A stretch of DNA of 64,000 nucleotides from Smithellaceae bacterium (lineage in GTDB: Bacteria; Desulfobacterota; Syntrophia; Syntrophales; Smithellaceae): assembly GCA_963667845.2 (NCBI GenBank), contig CAXXVL010000002.1, forward strand, positions 2,240,001-2,304,000, given 5' to 3'. Below, in pieces: positions 1-9,045 of this stretch (position 1 is the stretch's first letter; every line of letters starts with the position of its first letter). The position numbers and the translations under genes were made by a program. The notes under the pieces were generated by a model that ran no database searches, was not told the DNA's origin, and saw nothing but the letters and a program-made list of their open reading frames with translations.

Positions 1-1024
1 CCTCCTCTCCCGACGAGCAGCCGGCCGACCAGGCCCTAAGCGGTTTGTCCGCCGGGCGTTTAGCAAGGAGCGCCGGAATGGCTTTCTGACGCAGGTATTC
101 CCAGGCCGCCTCGTCGCGGAAAAAGCTCGTGACGCCGATCAGAAGTTCCTTGAAGAGGAGTTCCACCTCCTGGGAATTCTCCTGCAGATAGCGGACGTAT
201 GCCGCGATGCGGTTGATCTGGTGAATGCCCATGCGCCGCTCGATCCGGCGGTAAATGGTGTTTTTCTTGTACATCGAAAAGTCATGGCCGGTCTTGCTCC
301 TAAGCAGGATGAGGACTTTGTCCAGGGCGCTCTGGTCTTTCTCCTCCAGGGGCAAATCCGTTTTGGCGATGACGAGGGCATGCCTTAAGTAGTCGATAAT
401 TTTTCCGGGCAAATCCTCCGCCGGGGCGACGATGTCGGCAAGCCCCGCCGTGACGGCGCTGCGGGGCATGCTGTCGAACTTGGCCGAGGCCGGGTCCTGC
501 GTAAGCGCTATCCCCGCCTTTTCCTTGATGGCCCGAAGCCCCATGGTGCCGTCTGAGCCCATGCCGGAGAGGATGACGCCGATGCTGTGCTCCTGCTGGT
601 CCTCAGCCAGGGATCTCAGAAAGAAATCGATCGGCAGGCGCAAGCCGCGGGGCGTCGTCGGATCGAACAGGTGCAGCACGCCGTGCAGAATGGACATGTC
701 CTTGTTGGGGGGGATCACATAAACTGAGTTCGGTTTGATCCGCATCCGGTCCCGGACCTGGAATACTTCCATGGAAGTGGCGCGCCCGAGAAGTTCGTGC
801 ATGATCCCTTTGTGCGTCGGGTCCAGATGCTGGACGATGACGAAGGCCATACCGCTGCCTTCGGGCACATGCCGCAGGAACTGTTCGAGGGCCTCCAGAC
901 CCCCGGCGGAGGCGCCGATGCCGACAATCGGGAAAGCGGCGTTTTTACGCCGCGCCGTGGTGTCTGCCGGAACGGTTTTATCCCGCTGGACACCGGTATG
1001 TACCGCATTTGTTTGTTTTTTCAT
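1..1024 (-). CDS. CheB methylesterase/CheR methyltransferase fusion (partial, continues off the left edge)
   Basis: Manual translation from ATG at 1024 gives IVGIGASAGGLEAL, IVQHLDP and VILSGMGSDG (CheB catalytic motifs), then GHDFSMYK, IGVTSFFRD and RAWSAGCSSGEE (CheR). No stop before the edge, which is why the ORF track misses it. Confidence 0.92.
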   Translation of the reverse strand, partial: MKKQTNAVHTGVQRDKTVPADTTARRKNAAFPIVGIGASAGGLEALEQFLRHVPEGSGMAFVIVQHLDPTHKGIMHELLGRATSMEVFQVRDRMRIKPNSVYVIPPNKDMSILHGVLHLFDPTTPRGLRLPIDFFLRSLAEDQQEHSIGVILSGMGSDGTMGLRAIKEKAGIALTQDPASAKFDSMPRSAVTAGLADIVAPAEDLPGKIIDYLRHALVIAKTDLPLEEKDQSALDKVLILLRSKTGHDFSMYKKNTIYRRIERRMGIHQINRIAAYVRYLQENSQEVELLFKELLIGVTSFFRDEAAWEYLRQKAIPALLAKRPADKPLRAWSAGCSSGEE

Positions 1025-1063
1025 GGGGATAGATATATCAGAATTTTCTCGAATATGCCAATC

Positions 1064-2692
1064 TCATTCTTGCGCCTCCGGCCTGGCTATTCCGATCTTA
1101 TGCATCCGGGCTCGCAATGTGCTGGCATGGAGCCCCAGGATGGCGGCGGCCCCATCGCGTCCTTCGATGCGCCATCCGGTTTCGTCAAGGATCTTCATGA
1201 TCTGGTTTCGCTCCGTCTCTTCCAGAGTTCTGACGACGGATGACAGGATGGGAGATGAAATGTTGAGTTTATCGACCAGCTGCAAAACCGGTCCGCGGCT
1301 CAGGATCACGGCCCGTTCAATGATGCTCTCCAGTTCCCGGACGTTTCCCGGCCAGGGATAATCCTGCAGCGTCTTCATCGTCTCCTTCGGGATTGATGTG
1401 ATCTGTTTGCCCAATTTTCTGGAAAACCGCTCGATGAACGATTGAACCATGAGCGGGATGTCGTCTTTCCGCTGCCTCAGCGGTGGAACCGTGATGGGGA
1501 AGACATTCAGCCGGTAGAAAAGGTCCTGCCGGAACCGCCCCTGGCGGATCTCTTCATCAAGGTCCCGGTTGGTCGTCGCCACGATCCGCACGTCAATCTT
1601 GATGGTCTGGGACGAACCCAGGCGTTCGAACTCATGATGCTGGATGACCCTCAGAAGCTTGGCCTGCAATTCCAGGGGCAGCTCTCCGATTTCGTCTAAG
1701 CAAAGAGTGGAACCATTGGCGACTTCAAACCGGCCGATCCGGCGGCTGTCGGCCCCGGTAAAGGCGCCTTTCTCGCGGCCGAATAATTCACTCTCAATCA
1801 AATTTGCCGGAAGCGCCGCACAGTTAACCGTGATCAACGGCCGCTCCTTGCGGGGGCTCAGGTTATGGATGGCGGCGGCGATCAGCTCTTTTCCCGTTCC
1901 GGTTTCCCCGAGGATGAGAATCGTTGCATTGGTCGGAGCCACTTGCTCGGCCCGGTAAAGAACATACTTGAGCCCGTCGCTCTGTCCGATGATATTTTCA
2001 TGTTGATGCTTCATTTTACTCTCGTGACGGAAGTAAATATTCTCGATCTCGAGCTGTTCTTTCATCGCCTGAATTTCCGCAAGCGCCGTCCGCAGTTCGA
2101 CCGTCCGCTCCGCGACCTCAGTCTCCAGCTTGTCATGCGCTTTCTGCAGCGCCTCTTCCTCTATCCGCAATGCCTCATTGCGCTTTTGCTCGGTCAGGTC
2201 GGTAACCACCATGCAGACCGCTTCGGGCATACCGGTATGGATGAGCGCACTTATGGACAGCAGGACCGGTGTGGATTTTTTACCTCCGGTTTTTAAAGTC
2301 AGTTCCAGTTTGCTGTTTTCCTTTAATCCCTGCTCAAACAAACCCTTAAGAAGTAAGAGGTCTGCCGGTGAAAAATACGAGTAGAGCGATGAACCTATTA
2401 TTTTTTCCATAGAGACTTGAGCGATATCCGCAAAACGCTGGTTACAGAAGAGAATCGTGCCGTCCGCGGCCAGCGTGAGGGCTCCTTCGTTCATCGCTTC
2501 GACCATGATCCTGTAAGGATGATCGGCGCCCGATAAGGTAAAGACGCGGTCACCTTCGGCCGTATTGACAACCAGGCCATCCACTTCGCCGCTCAGAATC
2601 GCGCGCAGCGTTTCCTCGGATTCCGTCATCCGTTCGCCGAGTTCCTGCAAATCATCCAAAAGTTGCTGGCGGGTTTTGTGTGAATTGTTCAT
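1064..2692 (-). CDS. sigma54-dependent transcriptional activator with N-terminal PAS, AAA+ and HTH domains (no receiver domain)
   Basis: [36 protein letters not shown] and a C-terminal HTH ([16 protein letters not shown]). Confidence 0.95.
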   Translation of the reverse strand: MNNSHKTRQQLLDDLQELGERMTESEETLRAILSGEVDGLVVNTAEGDRVFTLSGADHPYRIMVEAMNEGALTLAADGTILFCNQRFADIAQVSMEKIIGSSLYSYFSPADLLLLKGLFEQGLKENSKLELTLKTGGKKSTPVLLSISALIHTGMPEAVCMVVTDLTEQKRNEALRIEEEALQKAHDKLETEVAERTVELRTALAEIQAMKEQLEIENIYFRHESKMKHQHENIIGQSDGLKYVLYRAEQVAPTNATILILGETGTGKELIAAAIHNLSPRKERPLITVNCAALPANLIESELFGREKGAFTGADSRRIGRFEVANGSTLCLDEIGELPLELQAKLLRVIQHHEFERLGSSQTIKIDVRIVATTNRDLDEEIRQGRFRQDLFYRLNVFPITVPPLRQRKDDIPLMVQSFIERFSRKLGKQITSIPKETMKTLQDYPWPGNVRELESIIERAVILSRGPVLQLVDKLNISSPILSSVVRTLEETERNQIMKILDETGWRIEGRDGAAAILGLHASTLRARMHKIGIARPEAQE

Positions 2693-2704
2693 GGGCTTGG
2701 TCTC

Positions 2705-2834
2705 AAAAATATAGAATACAGAATATAGAATCCAGAAAAAAACTTTGGAATCCTGACTTCTGGCTTCCGACTTCTGTCTACTGGCTAGTGGCCACTGGCT
2801 TCTACCTTCTACCTTCTATCTACTATCCACTATC
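2705..2834. repeat. degenerate 7-bp tandem repeats between the kinase and activator genes
   Basis: AGAATAT/AGAATAC/AGAATCC units, then TTCTGGC, TTCCGAC, TTCTGTC, TACTGGC, CACTGGC, TTCTACC x2, TTCTATC, TACTATC, CACTATC. Confidence 0.85.
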
Positions 2835-4549
2835 TTCTTCCGCCCTGCCGGAAGCGTAAAATAAAATGAGGCCCCCTCGTTTGGCATACTCTCCGCCCAC
2901 ACACGTCCGCCGTGCCGATGGATAATGCGCTGGACGATGGCCAGGCCAACGCCCGTTCCTTCAAACTCCTCGGCGGTATGCAGACGCTGGAAGACACCGA
3001 AGAGCTTGTCGGCGTATTGCATATCGAAACCCACGCCGTTATCCTTGACGCAGAAGACAACCTCGTTGTTATCACGATGACAGGTCACTTCGATTACGGC
3101 CGGTGTACGGTGTCTGGAAAATTTGACCGCATTCGAAAGAAGATTAGTGAGCACATGACCGAGGAGAGAGGAATCCCCTAAAACAGATGGCAGGCCATTG
3201 ATTTTAAATACCGGTTGCCGATCGATGTTGTCGTTCTTTATTTCAGGCAAAACCGTTTCAATGAGGTTTTGCATGTCGACTTCTGTCGAGCTTAATGCCC
3301 TGCGGCCCAACCGGGAGAAGGCCAACAGGTCATCGATGAGCTGTTCCATTTTCCGGGTATTTGTTCTGATGACGTTTAACTTTTCCAAGGCATCTTTTTC
3401 AAGCTTGCCGGCGTATTTCCGCTCCAGCATACGGGAAAACCCGTCGATTGCGCGCAGGGGAGTCCGAAGGTCATGAGAAACGCTGTAGCTGAAACTTTCC
3501 AGTTCTTTGTTGGCGGCCGCCAGCTCGGCGGCTTTTCCTTTCAGCGATTCCTCAGCACGCGCATGCTCCGTCACATCGATGAATGCGGCAATAGCTCCGG
3601 ACAGTTCACCGTGGTCATCGCGCATCGGGATGACATTGCCAAGCAGGGAGCGCGTTGTGCCGTCGTCGAAGAGGAAATCTACGGAACAATTCCAAAGCGG
3701 CTCTCCGGACAAAGCCACGATTTGAATCGGCATATCTTCAGGCCGCAGTTCCGACCCGTCTTTGAAGACGCGATAGTGTGTAAGATGCTCCTTGTGAGAA
3801 CCCGTTTTGGAAAGATTGGTCAGCTCCTCAACACGCGAAAATTGATAGGCTGCATGGTTACCTGTAATCTCCCGGCAGTGCCGGTCATGTGCTATCCAGA
3901 TGATGGCCGGCGTTGCGTCCAGAGTCGTCTGCAACCGCATCGCCTGCATCTGCGTGAGTACCTTGCTTGCCCGGAGATCCTTGGTTCTTTCTTCTACCCG
4001 AAGTTCCATTTGAGAATGGGACTCCTGCAGCGCCTGCTGCGCCTCCCGCAGTTCGGAGACGTCGGTTGCCAGCAGGCATATCGAGCCTACCGCTCCGTCG
4101 TGAAGGATGCTTTTAGAAAGAAGAACGGATGGGCATGTCTCGTCGGCAGACAAAAGAGAAATCTCAATTCTGTCTTTTTTTGACGCCTGCCGGATAAACT
4201 TCTTAAAAAACGTCAGCTGGGCCGGTTTGATGAACCGGTAGATGGAATTTCCCGTTATCTTGTCCAGCGGGGTTGCGACCATTTCGGCAAAGCGCTGATT
4301 ACAGAAGAGGATCGTGCCGTCTGCGGACAGCGTGACGGCACCTTCATTCATGGTTTCGACCATGATCCGGTAAGGATGATCGGCGCCCGATAAGGTGAAG
4401 ACGCGGTCGCCTTCCGGTGTTTTGACAACCAGACCATCCACTTCGCCGCCGAGGATTGCGTGCAACGTATCCTCAGCTTGAGTCGTCCGCTCCCTGAGTT
4501 GCTGCAAATCATCCAAAAGTTGCTGGCGGGTTTTACGCAAGTTGTTCAT
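2816..4549 (-). CDS. PAS-domain sensor histidine kinase (cytoplasmic)
   Basis: H-box SVSHDLRTPL, N-box NLLSNAVKF, DNGVGF, FQRLH and GTGVGL. Start set at MNNLRK (4549) by homology with the neighbouring activator N-terminus. Confidence 0.93.
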   Translation of the reverse strand: MNNLRKTRQQLLDDLQQLRERTTQAEDTLHAILGGEVDGLVVKTPEGDRVFTLSGADHPYRIMVETMNEGAVTLSADGTILFCNQRFAEMVATPLDKITGNSIYRFIKPAQLTFFKKFIRQASKKDRIEISLLSADETCPSVLLSKSILHDGAVGSICLLATDVSELREAQQALQESHSQMELRVEERTKDLRASKVLTQMQAMRLQTTLDATPAIIWIAHDRHCREITGNHAAYQFSRVEELTNLSKTGSHKEHLTHYRVFKDGSELRPEDMPIQIVALSGEPLWNCSVDFLFDDGTTRSLLGNVIPMRDDHGELSGAIAAFIDVTEHARAEESLKGKAAELAAANKELESFSYSVSHDLRTPLRAIDGFSRMLERKYAGKLEKDALEKLNVIRTNTRKMEQLIDDLLAFSRLGRRALSSTEVDMQNLIETVLPEIKNDNIDRQPVFKINGLPSVLGDSSLLGHVLTNLLSNAVKFSRHRTPAVIEVTCHRDNNEVVFCVKDNGVGFDMQYADKLFGVFQRLHTAEEFEGTGVGLAIVQRIIHRHGGRVWAESMPNEGASFYFTLPAGRKKIVDSR

Positions 4550-4609
4550 AGGTTTGCTCTCATTCAAGTAGAAGATAGAATCCAGACGATGAAGATTATT
4601 TGTTCTGCG

Positions 4610-4687
4610 TTCTGACTTCTGTCTCTTGATTTCTATCCACCATCCACTATCCACTATCCACTATTCACTATCTTCTATCTTCTGTCT
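4610..4687. repeat. degenerate 7-bp tandem repeats at the kaiB-kinase junction
   Basis: TTCTGAC TTCTGTC TCTTGAT TTCTATC CACCATC CACTATC CACTATC CACTATT CACTATC TTCTATC TTCTGTC. Confidence 0.85.
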
Positions 4688-5021
4688 TTGGCCTCAAATC
4701 AATCCCGACAAGAAACTTTTCCGTGTCCGACATATCGCCGATGAGCTTGCGGAACGGCAGGGGGAGTTGTTTGATGAGTGTCGGGGTGGCGATGATCTGC
4801 TCTCCGGCGGCAAGCGTCGGCTGCTGGTAGATGTCGATCACTTTGAGTTCATAAATGCCCTCCAGGTATTTTTCACATAGTTCCCGGACATTAGTGATGG
4901 CCCGGGTTGACTTTGGCGTCATCCCTGTAACGTACAGCCTCAGAACGTACTTTGCATTGTCGTGACTGGCTGCCGCTTTTTCGAATTCTTCAGTACTTGT
5001 TTTCACTTTTTTGCGATCCAT
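4668..5021 (-). CDS. kaiB: circadian clock protein KaiB homologue (second copy)
   Basis: YVLRLYVTGMTPKS, VIDIYQQP, QIIATPTLIKQLPLP, IGDMSD, VGIDL. Confidence 0.95.
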   Translation of the reverse strand: MDRKKVKTSTEEFEKAAASHDNAKYVLRLYVTGMTPKSTRAITNVRELCEKYLEGIYELKVIDIYQQPTLAAGEQIIATPTLIKQLPLPFRKLIGDMSDTEKFLVGIDLRPKTEDRR

Positions 5022-5036
5022 GCCAACTCCTTAATG

Positions 5037-5120
5037 CAGAATCCAGAATTCAGAATTCAGAATCCAGAATTCGGTCTTCTATGTTCTATGTTCTATGTTC
5101 TACCTTGCACCTTGAACCTT
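5037..5120. repeat. 7-bp tandem repeats between the two kaiB genes
   Basis: CAGAATC/CAGAATT x5, then TTCTATG x3, TTCTACC, TTGCACC, TTGAACC. Confidence 0.9.
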
Positions 5121-5121
5121 T

Positions 5122-5448
5122 TCAAACCTCCCGTATATCCAGCCCTACCAGCACACGCTCCGTGTTCGCCAGATCGCCGATAATTTTTTTTATCGGTTCG
5201 GGCAGCTTGCGGACCAGTGTCGGGATGGCAATAATCTGATCCCCTTTGGCCAGCTGGGGATTCTTTAAAAGATCGATCACTTCAATGCGGTATTGATCCG
5301 CGAGGTGTTCTTCACAGATTTTCTTTAAATTCGTAAAGGCCGTCAATGATTTCGGGGTCTGACCCGCCACATACAATCTCAGATTCCAGATTTCTTTTCC
5401 CGCAGCTAACTTTGCTTTTTTGCCTTTTGCCGTTGCAGCAGCTTTCAT
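5122..5448 (-). CDS. kaiB: circadian clock protein KaiB homologue (first copy)
   Basis: [49 protein letters not shown]; begins 1 nt after the kaiC stop. Confidence 0.95.
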   Translation of the reverse strand: MKAAATAKGKKAKLAAGKEIWNLRLYVAGQTPKSLTAFTNLKKICEEHLADQYRIEVIDLLKNPQLAKGDQIIAIPTLVRKLPEPIKKIIGDLANTERVLVGLDIREV

Positions 5449-5449
5449 C

Positions 5450-7192
5450 TTACTGTCCTTTCGTTTTCTTCTTTGAGCGCAACGCCTGCAGCGTAGAAAG
5501 TTTCACCCTGCGCAGTCGCGCCATTTTTGAACGGTCCTCCGTCAGGATGGCCAGTCTTTTCCGCTCTTCTTCGGCCATTAATTGCACTTCCTGCGTCTCC
5601 ATGGCAAACTCGGCGCGCAGCGCCGCGATCTTTGCTTCGAGGGCATTTCTTTTGCGCTCCTGTTCGCGAAGTCTCCGCTCGGCCTCACGTTGTGCCGTAA
5701 GCTCATTGGCCTTTTCGGAGGCTTCCTGGGCGGCTCTGGCACTGCCGGTTAAAACCTCGCCTGTGCCGGTATAGATATCGATCAGATCAATACCCTGGTT
5801 GGTCAGCAGGAACTCCTGGATCTGGTTGGAGTGGGCCATGCCGCGGGACTTCAAAATGTAGAGGCCCCGGTTGCGCTCCCCGTTAAGTTCAATATCCCGA
5901 AGCAGCAGCCACGTATCGATCAGAGAAGATATCTCTTCGCTGGTGCGTTCAAGGCTGTCTTGAGTACGGGTAAGGTCCGTCAGGAAAGTCGTTATTTTGT
6001 TCGTTTTCGCATAATCGATCAGGCGCGTTAAGATGGATTTGACCTCGGCCGCCGATCCCGCGGCGGTCAGGTTGCTGATCGGGTCCACAATGAAAACGGT
6101 GGGTTTGAACTCTTCGAGCATCCGATGGAAGGTGAGAAGATGCATCTCGAGGCCGTAAAGCGAAGGCCTTGCGGCATGAAATCTGAGCAGACCCTTCTGT
6201 ACCCACTTTGTGAGATGGATGCCGATGGAGGCCATGTTCCGGATGATTTGACTGGGCGATTCCTCAAAGGCAAAATACAGGCAGCGTTCGCCCCGCCTGC
6301 ATGCTGCGTCGGCAAAAGTGGCCTGCAAACTTGTTTTGCCGGTGCCTGACGTACCGGAGATGAGAATGGTGCTGCCCCGGTAGAACCCTTTCCCTCCAAA
6401 CATGGCATCCAGTTTGGGGATGCCCGTGGAGAATCGCTGAGTGGAAACGGGGTAGTCGAGTCCCAGGGACGTGATGGGCAAAATGGAGAGGCCGCCCTCG
6501 TCGATCAGGAAAGGATACTCGTCGGCGCCGTGGGATGAGCCGCGGTACTTGACGATGCGCAGGCGGCGGGTGGAAATTTGCTTATCGACGCGAAAGTCCA
6601 GCAGGATCACGCAATCGGCCACATATTCTTCCAGCCCGTAGCGGGTGAGCATGTTGTCGCCGCTTTCCCCCGTAACGACGGCCGTCACACCGCGTTCCTT
6701 CAACCAGTGAAAAAGCCTTCTGAGTTCCGCCCGGATGATCGCGGTATTGGAAAGCCCGGAGAAAAGCGCTTCGATGGTATCCAGAACAACCCGTTTTGCT
6801 CCGATGGAATCAATGGCGTTGCCCAGGCGGATGAATAATCCTTCCAGGTCGTATTCGCCGGTTTCCTCGATTTCGCTGCGTTCGATGTAAACGTGGTCCG
6901 TGGAGATGAGACCGCGAGACACCAGGTCGGGGAGATCAAAGCCCAGGGAGATGAAGTTCTTGGCCAGATCATCCGGCGTCTCCTCGAAGGTCATAAAAAC
7001 ACCGGGTTCTTTGTAATCCAGGGCGCCCCGCATGAGAAACTCCATTGCGAAAAGTGTTTTGCCGCAGCCTGCTGAGCCGCAGATCAGAGTCGTCCGGCCC
7101 TGCGGAAGCCCCCCCTTCGTGATCTCATCGAGCCCCTTGATGCCCGTCGGACATTTTTCAAGCCGAACAGCAGCACGTATTTTCTTGGCCAT
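5450..7192 (-). CDS. kaiC: circadian clock protein KaiC (double RecA-like domain with C-terminal coiled-coil tail)
   Basis: Two Walker A motifs ([16 protein letters not shown]), two FEE motifs, [13 protein letters not shown] and [11 protein letters not shown]. Start MAKK at 7192 has a GGGAGG RBS. Confidence 0.96.
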   Translation of the reverse strand: MAKKIRAAVRLEKCPTGIKGLDEITKGGLPQGRTTLICGSAGCGKTLFAMEFLMRGALDYKEPGVFMTFEETPDDLAKNFISLGFDLPDLVSRGLISTDHVYIERSEIEETGEYDLEGLFIRLGNAIDSIGAKRVVLDTIEALFSGLSNTAIIRAELRRLFHWLKERGVTAVVTGESGDNMLTRYGLEEYVADCVILLDFRVDKQISTRRLRIVKYRGSSHGADEYPFLIDEGGLSILPITSLGLDYPVSTQRFSTGIPKLDAMFGGKGFYRGSTILISGTSGTGKTSLQATFADAACRRGERCLYFAFEESPSQIIRNMASIGIHLTKWVQKGLLRFHAARPSLYGLEMHLLTFHRMLEEFKPTVFIVDPISNLTAAGSAAEVKSILTRLIDYAKTNKITTFLTDLTRTQDSLERTSEEISSLIDTWLLLRDIELNGERNRGLYILKSRGMAHSNQIQEFLLTNQGIDLIDIYTGTGEVLTGSARAAQEASEKANELTAQREAERRLREQERKRNALEAKIAALRAEFAMETQEVQLMAEEERKRLAILTEDRSKMARLRRVKLSTLQALRSKKKTKGQ

Positions 7193-7634
7193 CGTCGCCT
7201 CCCGGAATCTTACCTTTCTGAAAAGCCAAACACTTTCCAAAGGGTAAACAATTTAAAGACACATATTACTTATCAGAATAAAAAGTGCTGTGCAGACCGC
7301 TTACTAACGTGCATTAAAATGATCGTCAAAAGGAGGGTCGGTAAGAGGGGTTGACGTTGTTTCATTTTTGCACTTTGCTAATAGTATCAAAATAATATGA
7401 ATTTGCAATATCTAAAATAGAATCGGCAGGACAAAAGCCTCAGTCATGATGGATGATGCATCGGGAATTCTCCATGGTGGCGAACAATTCTTTCGGTAAG
7501 GCCATGGTTTTCAGCCGCTGTGGGTTTGTCGGGCCCGCGGTGAAGAAAAGGAATACGGGTTCATGCAATCATTAAATGGCAGAATAAAAGAATGGAAATT
7601 CGCGAATATTTCTTATATTTATAAAACGCGAATG

Positions 7635-7710
7635 AATCAACCGCCTGGCAGCAAACTGTCGAGGTATGAATGAACGTCATTATATCGCAGCAAGCGACAG
7701 GGGATTAACG
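7635..7710 (+). repeat. dispersed ~76-90 bp palindromic element, copy 1
   Basis: AATCAACCGCCTGGCAGCAAACTGTCGAGGTATGAA...TCGCAGCAAGCGACAGGGGATTAACG is the reverse complement of copies at ~8950 and ~19700. Confidence 0.85.
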
Positions 7711-7738
7711 TAAAAATCGAAAATACGGATGAACCAAC

Positions 7739-8800
7739 ATGAGCCGATACTGGACTGACGCGGTTAAAAACATCAAACCTTATGTTCCGGGGGAGCAACC
7801 CAAAGACCGGAGATACATTAAACTCAATACCAATGAAAATCCCTACCCGCCGTCGGCGAAAGCCATTGAAGCCATCAAACTTGCCGCCGACGATACGCTG
7901 CGGCTCTATCCCGATCCATCGGGCGATGCGCTGAGAGATGCCATTGCCGGAAATTTCGGCGTTCAGAGGACTAATGTTTTTATCGGCAACGGCTCCGATG
8001 AACTGCTGGCTTTTTGCTTTCCGGCCTTTTTTGAGCCCTCAGGTCTGCCCATCCTGTTTGCCGAAATAACGTACAGCTTCTATCCGGTGTATGCGGCATT
8101 CTTTAAAACCCCTTACCGGCTGATTCCGGTCGACGAAGAATTCAACGTTCCGGTTGAGGGCTACTTTCAGGAAAACGGCGGCATCATCATTGCCAATCCC
8201 AATGCTCCTACCGGCAAGGGTCTCGATCTTGCGAGCGTTGAAACGATTCTGAAGAAAAATGCCGCAAGCGTCGTCGTGCTCGACGAAGCCTATATTGATT
8301 TCGGCGGCCGGACCGCCGCGGGCCTGATTAACCGGTATCCGAATCTGCTGGTGATCCGGACGCTGTCCAAATCGCACTCGCTTGCGGGATTGCGCGTGGG
8401 ATACGCACTGGGCAGCGAAGAGCTGATCGAAGGCATTACGCGTGTCAAGGACTCGATTAATTCCTATACCGTGGACCGTCTGGCCCAGGCCGGCGCCCGG
8501 GAAGCCATTAAAGACGATGCCTGGTTTCAGGAGACGCGCTCTAAAATTATCGCGACCCGGGAGCGCGTGACGGCCAGGCTCAAAGACATGGGCTTTGTCG
8601 TCATCCCGTCTGAGGCCAATTTTATTTTTATCTCGAGCCGCCGATGTCCGGGGCGCAGCCTGTTTCAGCGGCTGAGAGAGAAGGGCATCCTCGTGCGCTA
8701 TTTTGATAAACCCGGGATTGACAACTATCTCAGGGTGAGCATCGGCACCGACGAAGAAATGGACAGCTTTCTTGCGGCCGTCGCCGAGATCTGCGGATAA
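7739..8800 (+). CDS. hisC: histidinol-phosphate aminotransferase
   Basis: YVPGEQP, KLNTNENPYPP, GNGSDE, NPNAPTG, DEAYIDF and PLP-lysine motif RTLSKSHSLAGLRVG. Confidence 0.95.
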   Translation: MSRYWTDAVKNIKPYVPGEQPKDRRYIKLNTNENPYPPSAKAIEAIKLAADDTLRLYPDPSGDALRDAIAGNFGVQRTNVFIGNGSDELLAFCFPAFFEPSGLPILFAEITYSFYPVYAAFFKTPYRLIPVDEEFNVPVEGYFQENGGIIIANPNAPTGKGLDLASVETILKKNAASVVVLDEAYIDFGGRTAAGLINRYPNLLVIRTLSKSHSLAGLRVGYALGSEELIEGITRVKDSINSYTVDRLAQAGAREAIKDDAWFQETRSKIIATRERVTARLKDMGFVVIPSEANFIFISSRRCPGRSLFQRLREKGILVRYFDKPGIDNYLRVSIGTDEEMDSFLAAVAEICG

Positions 8801-8941
8801 CAAATTTAGTCAGCAATGTTTGCTCATAATGGCCAGGATTCCTTTGAATCGCCTGATTTGCCGGATCTTGCAACGTCCTATTCAAAGACGGCCCGGGCAA
8901 TTTGGTTTTTCAGGCGCCCAAGCAGATTCAATCCCGCTCAC

Positions 8942-9031
8942 GCGGGACGAGCGTTAATTCCCTGTCGCTTGCTGCGAAATAATGACGTTTATTTCCTACT
9001 TCGACAGCTTGCTGCAAGGTGGTTGATTATT
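8942..9031 (-). repeat. dispersed palindromic element, copy 2
   Basis: GCGGGACGAGCGTTAATTCCCTGTCGCTTGCTGCGAAATAATGACGTTTA...TCGACAGCTTGCTGCAAGGTGGTTGATTATT closely matches 19699-19788. Confidence 0.88.
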
Positions 9032-9045
9032 GGAGGAAGGATGCA

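Noticed and set aside
4550..4654. N-terminal extension of the kinase in the ORF track
   Set aside because: It runs through the heptamer repeats; homology with the activator places the start at 4549.
2705..5120. Repeat blocks as a CRISPR array
   Set aside because: The period is 7 bp with no unique spacers and no cas genes.
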